From assembly GCA_965113315.1 (NCBI GenBank), contig OZ220364.1: a DNA stretch of 64,000 nt; one strand, written 5' to 3'. The notes under the pieces were generated by a model. The model was not told the DNA's origin. It ran no database searches and saw only the letters and a list, made by a program, of their open reading frames with translations. This DNA is from Podarcis vaucheri (Eukaryota). The translations under genes and the position numbers were made by a program. This document shows positions 1 to 13,494 of the stretch, one piece after another (the first letter of the stretch is position 1; each line of letters opens with the position of its first letter).

Positions 1-340
1 TTATAGACAACTTGGCGTATTTCCTTTCACGTAGTCTTGAAATTGCAAAGAGTGCTTTGTATTACAGGTCATAGCACACAAGCAAATCGAATAAAATCTT
101 GAACAGCGAGAAAGGCAGTATATGTTTACTCTCTTCTTTCCCCCAGCAATGGATTCCCAATTCATCTGCCTTTTCCTGTTAAAGACTGTTTTCTAAATGC
201 TTCTCTCCCATCCACTCACATAATCAAGTTTACTTTTGCTAACATAATGCCTTTTAAAAAAGATATTTCATATTTCTACCACCCCATCCAAAGTCTAAGT
301 GATTGGTAGATAATTGTCTGGTAATTTGCAATGCTAGAGC

Positions 341-1198
341 GAATGAGTGAATTTTATTATTTCGGTCACAGACCAGTTCCAGCCCACATACAATATCAAG
401 GAAGTCATAAAACACGATAGGGATACATTTGAATTTGCAATTAGGTATAACAGGGACAATACAGATATAGCAACAGTTAAAAAATATATAAATTAAAACT
501 TAGTCATTAACATATAACCTAAAATTATCACTTAAGGCCTTAATCATTATGGTAGCACAGCTTGTTCCCTAAGTTTTATGGCAATCGCACAGAATTTGGC
601 TACCCTTAACGTGATCTCAGCATCCTTGTCCTCTATCAGGGATTTTAGACATTGAAGTTCGGATTCATTTGGAGATTTTTGCATAGCAGGGGTAATACCG
701 GGCATATATCCCCGTAGAAATGGCAGTGTAGCAAGGCATGAGAGACAGTTTCTACCTCCATCAAGCCGCAGGGGCAGACCCGTTCCGCGTATGGTTTACC
801 CTCGAATCTGCCCTGCAATAAGGCAGATGGCAGCATGTTGAATATAGTGAGGGTAAATGACCATCTATATTTAGGTATTTGTAATTTTGACACATAATTT
901 GCTGGGGTAAAACCTCTCCCATTATCTTTTATTGCTGGGTGTTTATTCATCTCGCTCACGTGGCATTGCAGTTCCACATCCCAAATTCGTTGGCGGATTA
1001 TTGCTCTCACTTTCTCATAACCTACAGCTATCAGGGCCTGTGGGGAAAACCCCAAGCCTCTTAGCTTTTCATGCAGTGTAGCTTTCCATTTGGATTGGTA
1101 GGAATCCAGTAGGGTTAAAGGTGCCAACCCAACAGGGGAAAAGATAAGTTTTAACCAATAATGGATCTTCAGAATCCATATCCGAGTGCTAGCAGGGA
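341..1198 (-). mobile_element. 5'-truncated non-LTR retrotransposon (RTE-X/L2-like ORF2 C-terminus plus 3' UTR)
   Basis: ORF 645-1307 ends in the LINE C-terminal motif ERVCPCG..EVETVSHALLHC. The 3' end is AATAAAATTCACTCATTC. Perfect 13-bp TSD GCAATGCTAGAGC at 328-340 and 1199-1211. Confidence 0.85.
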
Positions 1199-1552
1199 GC
1201 AATGCTAGAGCTGTTCCAACACCAGCAGGAAACCTGTGATCCCAGGTTGCAAACAATGTCAGTTCAGAGAGGGAGCATGGGGAGAGGGAGACCGCATGTC
1301 CTTCCATTTCCTTTACATACTGCGTGCCATGGAACTAGTGCTTTCTTCTTCTGCAGGACCTGTGGCTGCTGCATGTACCGAGTTTATTTCTGAAGCCTAC
1401 TTCTTTGTGCTCACATATTGCTGTTTACTTGTATAGCCATTGGTAGACCTTTCATCTTACTGAACACTTCGTTGTTGTAGCACTGTGACATCGTCCCATT
1501 CACTATGTTCTCTGATTCCCATGTGCCTAATACAGAAGGAAAAAACTAGCAG

Positions 1553-1554
<2 letters not shown>

Positions 1555-1603
<49 letters not shown>
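1555..1603. repeat. Compound (CT)n(GT)n microsatellite
   Basis: Seen directly. Confidence 0.95.
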
Positions 1604-2317
1604 AGCAGCTTCTAGCAGAACCAAAACGAATATTCAGATTATGAATATGCTCACAAAGTGGTGTTGGTGCATTCCCCCAGTAAAACATTTGTTTTTCTGC
1701 ACCCTTGAGATATCTTTCATCCCGCTTCTCTTGGCGCATTCTCTCCTTTAGTTCCTCCAATACCCGTAACCAAACAGAATTAATGTTTGAATAAAGCACG
1801 GACAAAACTTAGAGTATTTGGTGCAGGCATACGTCTAAGATTTCAGATGTTTATCAGATCCATCCTTCCTAGTGTACTTCTCTCTGCAGCAATTTGCATT
1901 GCATCCATGCTTCGTATTTGTTTTACAGACCACGGAAACAACCTCTGCGCTATCAATATTTAAAGAATACACATAGTGTTTAAAGATTTAAAGTTCTTTT
2001 GTCTTGTAAACCGGGATGGAAAGTGGCTGAGAGTGTGTATGACATGATCTCCTTTGGCCTCCTGAAATAGTTTTCGAAGCGTCTCCAGCTATGCAGCAGC
2101 ACACTCCCTGAGCTGGCAGAGATTTAAATGGGTCGTGGGCAGGTGGACAGCTGGAAGCTGACTCGACCACTCGGGGCTGTCAGCTATGTACCAGTCAAAA
2201 ACATGCTTGCTAGCTTGCAGTTTGCATTAAAAAAATTTAAAAAATAAAACCCAAGAAGCTGATTTAGAGTATGAAGCAGAAACATCTAAAGTAGGTTGTG
2301 AAAAGTAGGTTGCAGTT

Positions 2318-2570
2318 GTGTCATCTGCATTCTTAATTCCGGCTTGGGATTCATCCAGTCCAGCCTTTTGCATGATGAATTCTGCATGTAAGTTAAATAA
2401 GCAGGGAGACAATATACAGCCTTGCCGTACTCCTTTCCTAATTTTGAACCAATCAGTTGTTCCATATCCAGTTCTAACTGTAGCTTCTTGTCCCACATAG
2501 AGATTTCTCAGGAGACACATGAAGTGACCAGGCGCTCCCATTTCTTTAAGAACTTGCCATAGTTTGCCGT
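2318..2570 (-). mobile_element. RTE-BovB LINE internal RT fragment
   Basis: LLRNLYVGQEATVRTGYGTTDWFKIRKGVRQGCILSPCLFNL...ADDTT matches the BovB reverse transcriptase. Confidence 0.9.
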
Positions 2571-3059
2571 GGAGCTTTCAGGTCCTTGCACATCAGTCCC
2601 CACCCATGCACAGTATTTTGAGTTTGCTGGGAAAAAACCTGGGATCTGAAAGTCACTTAGTAAGTACTGTATTCCTCCGCTAGGGTAGTATCAGCTGCTC
2701 TTCGTTATGCTACCCCTTCCCTCCGTGTGCAGTGATGAGAGAATTTCAATGAAAGGCTCTTGAGTGACTGGATAAAATGAAACTACACATTATTGGAAGT
2801 GGGTCTAAATCATCTCAAATACAGCTTAAATCTACTATTCACCACAGCAGTTAGGTAGAGTCAGATCCACTGCAGTGCTTATGCAGTGTGTTCATGCAAG
2901 GGGATTTCCTCAACCTTCTTCTTTGCTGCAATGCCTTGTGCCCTTGGGAAGATTTTGTGGAACCTTGGGAAAGGCTTAGATTGTGGGGTGGAAGGAATCA
3001 GGGAATGAGGCAGAGGTAGCTTATGCCAGCTCTAGTGGCAGAAATGTATGGCTGCCCTG

Positions 3060-3310
3060 TTCCTAGGAATCCATAAATGCTTTTGCCATCTTATATAAAT
3101 GGGCTAATAAAAAGACAAAGCCGGGAATTGGTGTTTGTAATAATGGTCATAGCGAGACTGTTTTATTGGAAAGTCGGTGGATAAACAAATTATGGGAAAT
3201 GGCAGCCTTGTCGGAATCAACAAATTATGTTCATCTTCAGGACAGAAGACAAAAAAATCTAATGACTTGGCTCAAAGATGGATACCCTTTATTTATATTG
3301 GAATAATAGG
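3060..3310 (+). mobile_element. Possible degraded L1/Tx1-like ORF2 C-terminal fragment
   Basis: One frame reads WINKLWEMAALSESTN, resembling the L1-clade ORF2 terminus. Heavily decayed. Confidence 0.35.
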
Positions 3311-3555
3311 TACCAGATAAATGTCGATAAAACTGTTTCTGTTTATTAAAGACCATTTCACGCATAATGGATACTTCTTTTTTCTTACGCTGCATATAAA
3401 GAAACACAGTTTTTTAAAAAAGGCAGTTGTGCAGAAAGTGCAGGATTCCCCATCCTGAACGCAAGTTTTAAATGGTCTTTGAGAGAATCAAACAAAAATG
3501 ACACAAATCCTCTCCCCAATGTTGATGCTTTACCAGGCAGTATAACATTCCTCAT

Positions 3556-3586
<31 letters not shown>

Positions 3587-3843
3587 ACCTGTCATACTAG
3601 TGCAAGTCTTCCTTGTATCATGTGCTGGTGCATGCAGACAAATCCCATCAAATCCCAGTCCGATCAGTTACTGATCACTGGGTTCTGTAGTCTTCAGACC
3701 TCAAGGGCCCTGTTAGCTGTACCTGTGTGGGCTGTCTGCCAGGGCAGTGTCCAGAAATAAGATGGAGCTCAGCACAATTTATGGGTTTGACTCTCATGGT
3801 TTATATCAAGGCTGGGAAACCCACATGCTGCCATTGCCTAGGA

Positions 3844-3979
3844 CAGTGATGGCCAAACTTGGCCCTCCCGCTGTTTTGGGACTACAATTCCCATCATCCT
3901 TCATCACTGGTCTTGTTAGCTAGGGATGATTGGCGTTGTAATTCAAAAACAGCTGGAGGGCCAAGTTTGGCTGTCACTG
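3844..3979. mobile_element. Palindromic hAT-type MITE
   Basis: Long terminal inverted arms CAGTGATGGCCAAACTTGGCCCTCC...GGAGGGCCAAGTTTGGCTGTCACTG. 8-bp TSD GCCTAGGA at 3836-3843 and 3980-3987. Confidence 0.85.
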
Positions 3980-5504
3980 GCCTAGGACCATGGCCATTCT
4001 GTCTGGGGCTGATGGGAGTCCCAACATCTGAAGGGCCATAGTCTCCACCCCAGGTTTATAGTCTTAACAAATGCAAATGAAGGCTTGAATGTAAAGATTT
4101 CAGAAATTCAGCCTTGATCTTCTGAGAAGGATGCTTACAGCTACCCAAGGGGCATGTGTGGTGAACAAATTCATGGAGGATATGTTTATGAATGTCAGGA
4201 TGCTGTTGGCGGCTCCTGACTGGTTGCCCAGGAGAGTATAAAGACAAGGAAAAGGTTCTTGCCATCCTTTTTTATTTCAGTCTTTACAGAGAGAAGCTGT
4301 AGAACAAAGCCTCATGGATAATGGCATCTGGTTGACAACTGTGATAATCATGATTCTGGATTAGATGTGCCTTTGTGGTGATCCAGCAAAGCTCTTTTTA
4401 TTAATTGTTGGAAGTACAACAGCAGGGATCATTCTGTGCATGACGTAAGGGTTAATTTTGTTAGTGTTACAGTCAACTAGCCAAGAGGGAGATGGGTTGA
4501 TATGTTGCTGTATGTTTGGTTGAACATCTCCTTGCTTGTGTACAAGGCCTGAGACGAAACCTCTCTGTTCCTTTCTCTTCGAATTATACTCCTTTTTTGG
4601 CTCAGTTTGCTCAGTAAAGTGTTACCGGAACTTTTCTCTCTGGACTCCCATCTGTGTTATTTAAGTGACTTTCCTAACATTTATCTCATTTTAAATATTT
4701 ATATCCTGCCTTTCTGTGAATCACACAGTTCTAACTAAGCAGTAAAGCAGCAAAAATAAAATAAAAAATTCCACATCTTTGTGCAAAAAAACCAAATACA
4801 CCACACAGACCTTTAAATATTTATGTACATTATTATGTACATTATTATTATTAGAATTTTCTACTTAGAAGCAAAAGATCAATTCTCAGCGTAATGTTTT
4901 TAAAATAAAAACACACTGTGAGAAGATGGTGTCCTCTGTTTTGAATGAAATGGAAATGCATATATATATATATATATATTTAAAAAGATATATCACAGAC
5001 AGACACACATTGCTCTCTTCTAAGTAAATCTCAGGTGACATCCAATGAACCTTGTTCGAACCCTGGTTTCCCCTGCTGTCCATCTGTCACGGCCAGGCCA
5101 GACTGCATGGCTACCTCTGGCATAATGCTGCAGAGGACATGGAGGTTCTTGACAGCAGCACGCAGTGGCAGGAAGGGATTGTCAGAATGAGTAGTACAGC
5201 TGGCAGGTACCTGATGCAAAAGCTAGATTCACATGCTGCTTTGATTCCCTGCCAAATGAAAGCAGCCTGTTTAGTAAGTCTCCAGGGGGCTACGCTGCCA
5301 GAGGGATGGTCTGAGAAATCTAGGGCTTCATTTCAAACGTAAAAGTTATTTTACAGCTCTCATGCGTGCGACATGCGAGGAAGGTTGGTTCGTGGTCTTT
5401 GCAAATATCTGGCACATTTGTAGCGTGGGCCATGCTTAGCTTTGTATGTTTCCTGCACACTGATTTGCACAAACATACTGCTGTGAGATTAATCTAGGCA
5501 TAGG

Positions 5505-5586
5505 AAATAAATAAATAAATAGATGATAGCTAGCTAGCTAGCTAGATAGATCGATAGATAGATAGATGATAGATAGATAGATAGAT
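5505..5586. repeat. (TAAA)/(TAGC)/(GATA)n microsatellite at an L2 tail
   Basis: Seen directly; abuts the 3' end of the L2-like element at 5587. Confidence 0.9.
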
Positions 5587-6620
5587 TATTTATACCCCGC
5601 TCATCTGGAGGAATTAAAGAACCTTTTATTGAGGGTGAAAGAGGATAGTGCAAAATATGGTCTGAAGCTCAACATCAAAAAACATCAAAAAAACGAAGAT
5701 CATGGCCACTGGTCCCATCACCTCCTGGCAAATAGAAGGGGAAGAAATGGAGGCAGTGAGAGATTTTACTTTCTTGGGCTCCATGATCACTGCAGATGGT
5801 GACAGCAGCCACGAAATTAAAAGACGCCTGCTTCTTGGGAGAAAAGCGATGACAAACCTGGACAGCATCTTAAAAAGCAGAGACATCACCTTGTCAACAA
5901 AGGTCCGTATAGTAAAAGCTATGGTTTCCCCAGTAGTGATGTATGGAAGTGAAAGCTGGACCATAAAGAAGGCTGATCACCGAAGAATTGATGCTTTTGA
6001 ATTATGGTGCTGGAGGAGACTCTTGAGAGTCCCATGGACTGCAAGAAGATCAAACCTCTCCATTCTTAAGGAAATCAGCCCTGAGTGCTCACTGGAAGGA
6101 CAGATCGTGAAGCTGAGGCTCCAGTACTTTGGCCACCTCATGAGAAGAGAAGACTCCCTGGAAAAAACCCTGATGTTGTGAAATATTGAGGGCACAAGGA
6201 GAAGGGGACGACAGAGGACAAAATGTTTGGATACCAGCATGAGTTTGACCAAACTGCGGGAGGCAGTGGAAGACAGAAGTGCCTGGCGTGCTCTGGTCCA
6301 TGGGGTCACGAAGAGTCGAACACGACTAAACGACTAAACAACAACAACATCTGGCTGGGCTTCCCCAGCCACTCTGGGCGGCTTTCAACAAAATATTAAA
6401 ATACAGTAATTTCATCAAACATTAAAAGCTTCCCTAAACAGGGCTGTCTTCAGATGTCTTCTAAAAGTCTGGTAGTTGTTTTTCTCTTTGACATCGTTCC
6501 ACAGGGCGGGTGCCACTACCAAGAAGGCCCTCTGCCTGGTTCCCTGTAACTTGGCTTCTCACCATCGGCGCTGGACCTCAGTTTCCGGGTAGAACGGTGG
6601 GGGTGGAGACGCTCCTTTAG
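5587..6620 (-). mobile_element. L2-like LINE 3' fragment, split by a BovB insertion
   Basis: TATTTATACCCCGCTCATCTGG|CTGGGCTTCCCCAGCCACTCTGGGCGG. The same sequence is uninterrupted at ~52510-52610 and ~56025-56152. Confidence 0.7.
5609..6347 (+). mobile_element. RTE-BovB LINE, 5'-truncated
   Basis: ORF 5702-6181 (MATGPITSWQIEGEEMEAVRDFTFLGSMITADGDSSHEIKRRLLLGRK...) is the BovB RT C-terminus. (CAA)n tail; TSD CATCTGG at 5602-5608 and 6348-6354. Confidence 0.95.
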
Positions 6621-6626
6621 ATATAC

Positions 6627-6763
6627 ATTGCTAGGCAAACTCTGGCCCTCCAGATGTTTTGCGACTACAATTTCCATCATCCCTGACCGCTGGCCCTGTT
6701 AGCTAGGGATGGTGGGAATTATAGTCCCAAAACATCTAGAGGGCCAGAGTTTGCCTATGCCTG
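6627..6763. mobile_element. Palindromic hAT-type MITE
   Basis: TAGGCAAACTCTGGCCCTC...GAGGGCCAGAGTTTGCCTA arms; same family as 21519-21654. Confidence 0.8.
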
Positions 6764-9700
6764 GATTAATCAATATAAAGAAGCGGAAAGCTGTTTGCCT
6801 GGATCAGGTGTGCGGAGTCCTCAGGCACTGTGGCTAAATTTGGCTGTCCAGAATCTTGTACCCAACCCTAGGGCTTTTTCTCAGGCCACACCCATTGCTA
6901 GGCCACGCCCCTTCTCTGAAAGCCACACCCTCTCACCAGCTTTGCTCCACAAACAACCTTCTCACATGCTTTTTACCATGCTGGAATGTGCCCTTAGATG
7001 ATGATTGGTTGATCCTTTGATTATGAGGGACCATCAATATCTTTTAGAAGGTGTTTTTTTTTGGAGAGGACGGCAAGATGCTTTGGCCACACTAGCTCAT
7101 AAGATCATAAGAAGATCCTGCTGGATTAGGCCAGTGGCCCATCTACTCCAACAGCCTCATCCTGCAGTGACCAAACAGATGTCTATGGTAGTATTTTGAG
7201 CGCCAAGAAGATCTACATTGAAGATCAGGTTTGCATTAGTGTGTTACCGTTTTAATATAAGAGAGAGAAGTTAGGGTGCATCGGGGGGAGAAATAAGGAA
7301 ACACCATTGAAAATGGGATGGGAATTCGACAAAACAAAAGAAAAAGGTATTATGTATATGTGGAATTTCTGGACATTTAATAAAATATATCTGGAAAAGA
7401 AAGAAAATCAGATTTGCAGTGCCCGTTTGAAACAGCCTGGTGACAAAATAGTGAGCTTCCTCCCTCACATTCAAGGTATGGTAAATCATTTTTGTGCTTT
7501 CCTTAAATATTTCACCCACTTTTAAAAAATAAAATAAAAATCCTTTAATATTACTTGCTTCGATAGGATGTGAAAACCGCAATGTGAACCATTTGGATAG
7601 CTGTTCTTCATCGGAGGGATATTTTTCTTCTTTTCAGAGAGAGGTTCTATTTCTCTGAAGCTTGTAATGTAACTTTTAAACATGTTTTCTTTAGCTCTGC
7701 AGAGCTTTTAATACACAGTCAATTTCCAGCAATTTCCAAAGTATACAGATAATCAATGACTGTTGTATGCAGGGGTAGGCTGCATTCATTCATCTTCACC
7801 GGTAGTTCATTTATCACAAGGAGTTTGTGTATTGTGAAAAATCCTGATTGAAATCCTGTCTCAGTTGAAATTCAGGATGGAAAGTGTTTGCTTGACGATT
7901 GGAATGTTTTTTATGGTCCACAAAGGGAAATGTTGATAAATAAGAATGCCTGGCGTGTGTGTTTCTGTCTTTCAATTGACAATGTGCTAAGACTTCTGAT
8001 GATTTCTTTATACTGTCATTCTCAAGATTAGTTGCCTGCCTTACTTCCAAGTAAATGTTTCAACTTGCTAAACTTGCTGTAAGATTCTATTGTAAATGGG
8101 CTTGGGAGCTCTATGCAGAAAGGTGATATAATTATTTTACTGGTAAGTAATAAAAGGAAACTAGTTTATTTTGCGATCCTGTACAAGCTCAAAATGTGCA
8201 TTACAAAAGTGAAAAGTGACCTTAAGAATTCTTCAAATATTACGGTGTTCAGTAATGGGGTTGCTCTCCAAAGTTTGCATCGGATTAAGAAATAATCCCA
8301 ATTATTTTCAGGTAGGGAGGCAGAGAATATATGAGGAACTGTGGTAACTTAGCTGAACCAATAATCAGGATCAGGAAAATGGCAGACACTTCAAATCCCT
8401 TGCTTCTATGCACCATCTCAGTGGTTTCTCTCATCCTTTCCCTGGCAAGTGGGTGGGGGGGCAGGAGTACCAGCAGGAGTACCAATGGTACCCTCCATTG
8501 TACCTTCCTTTTGGGTTTATTCTCTCCCAGAATCCTATGCCTAGCAACTAATCCGCAAAGTTTGGTAATTGTGAACGTGAGTGTGCACTTGTATGTTCTG
8601 AGCATATATTAAGAACTTGGCCAATGACTAAATGAAAATCTGTGAAGGGAGAAAGTACTATAGCTGTGGGCTTTGACAAGAATTCATATTTCTTGAATGT
8701 AGCTGCAAAATGGCTCACATAATATTTTACTTTCCAAAATAGCTTTCATCTGTTGTCTTCTAATAAGCTATTCTGATTTATCCCATGTCCTATTTGGTGA
8801 TGAAGCAGGGACTTATTGACTATATGATGCAATGCATTTATTTATTTTTTTAGTTGTCCTGATATTTCAGTAGCTTTAGAGTGAAGCAGGTAAGGTAAGA
8901 GGCAAAGCCTGGTCAGGTCTCTTTAAGCGGAGGTGAAAGAAATCAGGACCCTGGACAGCTTCCAGTGAGCCTCCCCTACCTCTGCTATGGAGAGATGTTC
9001 TCTCAGGGGAGAGTTGAGGCCACCTGAAATCTTCTGAGGACCGGTTAGGATTATATTGTACTTGGTCCTGCGTCTTGGAAGACGTTCTGTCTTAAAAGGC
9101 CCTTGTCTGATTCTGCAAGTGTTTGCTTCTATTGTGAAAAGGGCATGTGGCTGTTATTGGAGCGTGCCCTATTCTGTGGAAGGTACAGAGGGACCCTCTG
9201 CCCCAAGCAGCACTGCTCGTTTTTCTCCTCACCTGTATCCTAGGGAGGGCTGGGGTTGAGGAATCACAACAGCTCACACTGCATGGGTGACATCGTTCTG
9301 GCACTAGCACAATGTTAGTCTCCATCCTGTTCATTCTCTCACTTAATTGGCTCAAAGAGAAGACACCTTATGATGTTTTGCCGTGGATGGTATCGCTTTT
9401 CAGTTCAGCACTGAACCTGGAATGGGATTTTCATTTGCATAAACTCTTGTTTGTCTGATTCAGAGAGCAGGCAAATCTGGGATCGCCACCCTGTCACTTG
9501 CAAGCCACCCAGCACCAAGGTAGTGGAACTAACCACAGGATTGGATGTCGTAGAAATACTGTCTAAAAAAATGCATATGTTAAGGGCATACCCTTTCATA
9601 GATTTAATTTCCCAACATTGAATGAACATGGAAAGCCCTGGCACAACTTCTTATAAACTGAAAGGTTTTCTTGTTTATTGAATTGTAATTTAAAATGTTT

Positions 9701-10399
9701 AAAGTACCTATGATCATTTATATTTATCAATAGCTTTACTCGCAAAAGCGTCTCAAAGTGATTTGCAGCACAGTATAAACAATAGAGCTGGCTACATCCA
9801 ACCAACCAATAAACGCATAAAAAGCGACATTCACCATGCAGAAATAGTTGCTAACTTCTTGTTTGAGAAGGCAGGGCTGAGAAATGGAATCCTGCCAGAG
9901 GCTGGATCCGGATTATCCCACCCTCTGGAGGGCCACTTTGACAGCTTTGGTGACAAGAAAAATGTCGAAAAGTGGAAAAGTTATTGATTCTAGTAGCTGG
10001 AAAGAATTTGGAGACCCTCTCCTGGGTCTTCCTTTTGAATTTCACTTTCCATAGAAGTCCTGCGGTGTCAGGTTGGTGTGGTTTAGCACAAGCCACATTA
10101 TGACCCAATTGAGGAGACCTGGTCACCTAATTAGGGCCACAGGTTCCCCATAGCTCATTTTAAGGTTTCATAGGTTTGATATTTTGCAAGATGTTTTCAT
10201 TGAATCATAGAATTGTAGAGTTGGAAGGGACTCCAAGTGTCATCTAGTTCAATCTACTGCAATGCAAGAATAATTTAAATATATTCCCGTGGTGTTTTAA
10301 TGACATTGAAGATGTGCATGGTACTTTTACATCTGTGACATTAATCGTAATGGCCAGTGTCAACCTTCAGCCTGGTGCCGTTCAGACGTTTTTGGACTA

Positions 10400-10630
10400 C
10401 AGTTGTACCTCAGGTTAAGAACTTAATTCGTTCCGGAGGTCCGTACTTAACCTGAAACTGTTCTCAACCTGAGGTACCACTTTAGCTAATGGGGCCTCCT
10501 GCTGCCGCCACGCGATTTCTGTTCTCATCCTGAAGCAAAGTTCTTAACCCGAGGTACTATTTCTGGGTTAGTGGAGTCTGCAACCTGAAGCGTCTGTATC
10601 CTGAAGCATCTGTAACCCAAGGTACCACTG
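10400..10630 (+). mobile_element. Tc1/mariner (Tigger-like) MITE, family A, copy 1
   Basis: TIR CAGT(G/T)GTACCT...GGTACCACTG, TA flanks; inserted into a hairpin MITE remnant. Confidence 0.9.
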
Positions 10631-11733
10631 TATAGCTCTCAACAGCCCCAGCCAACAGTCAGTGGGAGCTGCAGTTCAAAACATCTGGAGCGCCACCAGG
10701 TTGGGAAAAGCTGGTCTCTGTTTTAGAAAGCTTTTTCCAGGACTCGTGAATGTTTCTAAATGAACAGTCATTGGGCAGCAGTCATGATCTTAAAAAGGTT
10801 ACAAAACAAGACAAATACAGGCGTGGAAAGGTGCCTGCAGAAACCCGAGTGAGCAGAATGCCAAAACTGACCCATAGGATTGTAGTGAAAGGATAAAAAG
10901 CTGATTATCTGTTCCCTTCATTCCCTCCCATTTTATTGCAAACCCATCATGTTCATTTAGTGTTGCAGTTTTTATAGAGAGGGAGACGAGATTTTCAAAA
11001 ACGGACCTTTCTTTTTTGCTTCCTTTGTCCCCCCCCAGCGCACAAGACCTTGAGTGACTTGAGGTTAAGCGATGCGTTCTTTTCTGCCTCCGCCTCAAAT
11101 GCATCTTGCTCCTCCAGCCCCATTTGTTAGTTGCCCCCAGAGGTCCTCGTTCCTGCTGCTCCTTAGTTGCAGAGGCAAACAAAGAGCCTGTCACAAACCC
11201 CAGCTAACTGTGCAGCGAACTTGGCTGCGAGCCTCAAGGTCACCTCTGACAGCTCTAAGCATCTGTGCAACTCCATTCCCCTACTGCCGCGCGGAGCCTG
11301 GCGCTCGCTCAAAGCGGTTGTACGCGGAGGGGGGACGTTGGCAGGCTCCCATGCACGGGCCCATGCACAAAGCCAAGCTGCGCTTCTTTACCCAGAGTGG
11401 GGCAGAAAGGAAATAACTTAGTTTGCGAGAGCTTCAGCAAATGTCAATTTCAGCCTGTATTCGGCAAATACTGTGCACGCTGAGCCATCATCTAAAGGGC
11501 AAAAAATAGAAAAGAAAGGAAAACCGTAGTAAAAATGTGCATTGCCTTTTTTTTTTTTTTTTGGTCTTACACATTTTATTCTTGCCTTTCAGATGGCAGC
11601 CGGGAGTTTCCGAACCTAAATAAGCAGGGTTGTGACTCTCACCAGGTTTGCAAATTGCTGTTGGAGGGTTTGAGGGGCCTTCCCCAGCCCATCAGCAAGG
11701 GCTCTCTGTTGACTAGACAGCAACTGCCTATTA

Positions 11734-11975
11734 CAGTGGTACCTCGGGTTAAGTACTTAATTCGTTCCGAAGGTCCGTTCTTTACCTGAAACTGTTCTTA
11801 AGCTGAAGCACCACTTTAGCTAATGGGGCCTCCTGCTGCTGCCGTGCCACCAGAGCATGATTTCTGTTCTCATACTGAAGCAAAGTTCTTAACCTGAGGT
11901 AATATTTCTGGGTTAGCAGAGTCTGTAACCTGAAGCGTATGTAACCTGAAGCCTATGTAACCCGAGGTACCACTG
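11734..11975 (+). mobile_element. Tigger-like MITE family A, copy 2
   Basis: TIR CAGTGGTACCTCGGGTTA / TAACCCGAGGTACCACTG. Confidence 0.9.
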
Positions 11976-12589
11976 ACTGTCATTTAAGCCACATGCCTCC
12001 TTCCTTTCCTCTTCCATTGAGAGGTGGGTTGCCTGCTTCTGAGGAAGTGCCTGAGCTCATTTTCTCCTGAGTGTTGATTCCCGGCTTTGCATCTAAAAGC
12101 CCTCAAGGCTGAAGGAGAGCTTGTCTGTGAGGAACTGCATCCAGGAAGCCCTACGAGCGCCTTGCAAGCGCATGTCAACTTCATAGACGAGGATGTATCT
12201 TTCCAGCCTCAGTCTTGGGAATCAGTATGTAGCCTGTTCTGAGATGCGTTGAGCCTCTGAAGCTGTCTTTGAAATAAAAAACCCAAAGCCAGGGTCAGTT
12301 TCCCTTCACTTTCTTCCTTAGCTTCGAGCTTCAACATTGGACTGGGGCTGGTCTGAACTGCGCTGTGGAGGCAGCAGAGGCATCTTGTAAGAATAGCAGG
12401 ATATGGAAAAGGTCCAGACCTCTTCCTGTTGGGAGGATGCATTTCAGAATGGTCCAGAGCCTTGGAAGCTCATTAGGATTTTTGGGCAGCCCAAGGCAAG
12501 CCAAAGTCTGTATATCTCTGGGTCATTTTGAAGTTAGCATCACAGCCTGTCTTTGTCAGGTTCTGCAAGCAAGAGCCAATTGAGGCATC

Positions 12590-13160
12590 TCATTTGGGAC
12601 TTTTTAGCTTAGAGAAAAGTTGTGGGTGACATGTTAGAAGTTTATAATGTTGGATAGAGAAAAGTTGTGTTTTTTTTACACTCTCTCATAGTGCTAGTAC
12701 TCTTGTACCTCCAGTGAAGCTGAATGTTGGAAGATTCAGGACAAAGAAAAAAAAGTACAGTGGTACCTCGGGTTACGGACGCTTCAGGCTACTGACGCTT
12801 CAGGTTACAGACTCTGCTAACCCAGAAATAGTACCTTGGGTTAATAACTTTACCTCAGGATGAGAACAGAAATTGCGTGGTGGCAGCGGGAGGCCCCATT
12901 AGCTAAAGTGGTACCTCAAGTTAAGAACAGTTTCAGGTTAAGAACGGACCTCCAGAACGAATTAAGTTCTTAACCTGAGGTACCACTGTACTTTGTCACA
13001 CAGCACATAATTTAACCATGGAACCTGCACCTACAGGAGACGGCCACAAACTCTGATGGCTTTAAAAGAGGGTTAGGGATATTCATGGAGCAGAAGGCTA
13101 GGATTAGCTACTAGCCATGATTAGCTACTAGCCAGTTGGAGGCAGCAAATCTTCTTGGGT
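12590..13160 (+). mobile_element. Old CR1 3' fragment interrupted by a MITE
   Basis: CR1-type 3' sequence (GGGACTTTTTAGCTTAGAGAAAAG...TGAAGCTGAATGTTGGAAGATTCAGGAC...GATGGCTTTAAAAGAGG). Confidence 0.7.
12758..12988 (-). mobile_element. Tigger-like MITE family A, copy 3 (opposite orientation)
   Basis: TIRs present; TA TSD on both sides. Confidence 0.9.
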
Positions 13161-13494
13161 ACCATTAGTTCCATTTATGTCCAAGCTAGGGAGACTACAC
13201 CAGCTAAGACCAGAATGAGCCACGATCATGAACCATGGTTTGGAGTTGGCTTAAGATCCTGGCATGCTCTGAACCTGGTAATCAGAAGTTTCCTGACTGG
13301 GGCATTAGAAACGATGGTCAATTAGCCTGGGAAATTAAGAATAATAACAATTTGTATACCGCTCTATACGCACAGGTCTCAGGGCAGTTCACAGGATAAA
13401 ACCACAATATAAAACCACAAAATACATAATCAAAATTAAAAACAAGAGCAACCTAATTACCCCTCCTGCCCCGGGACATTTTTAAAGGGCATTG

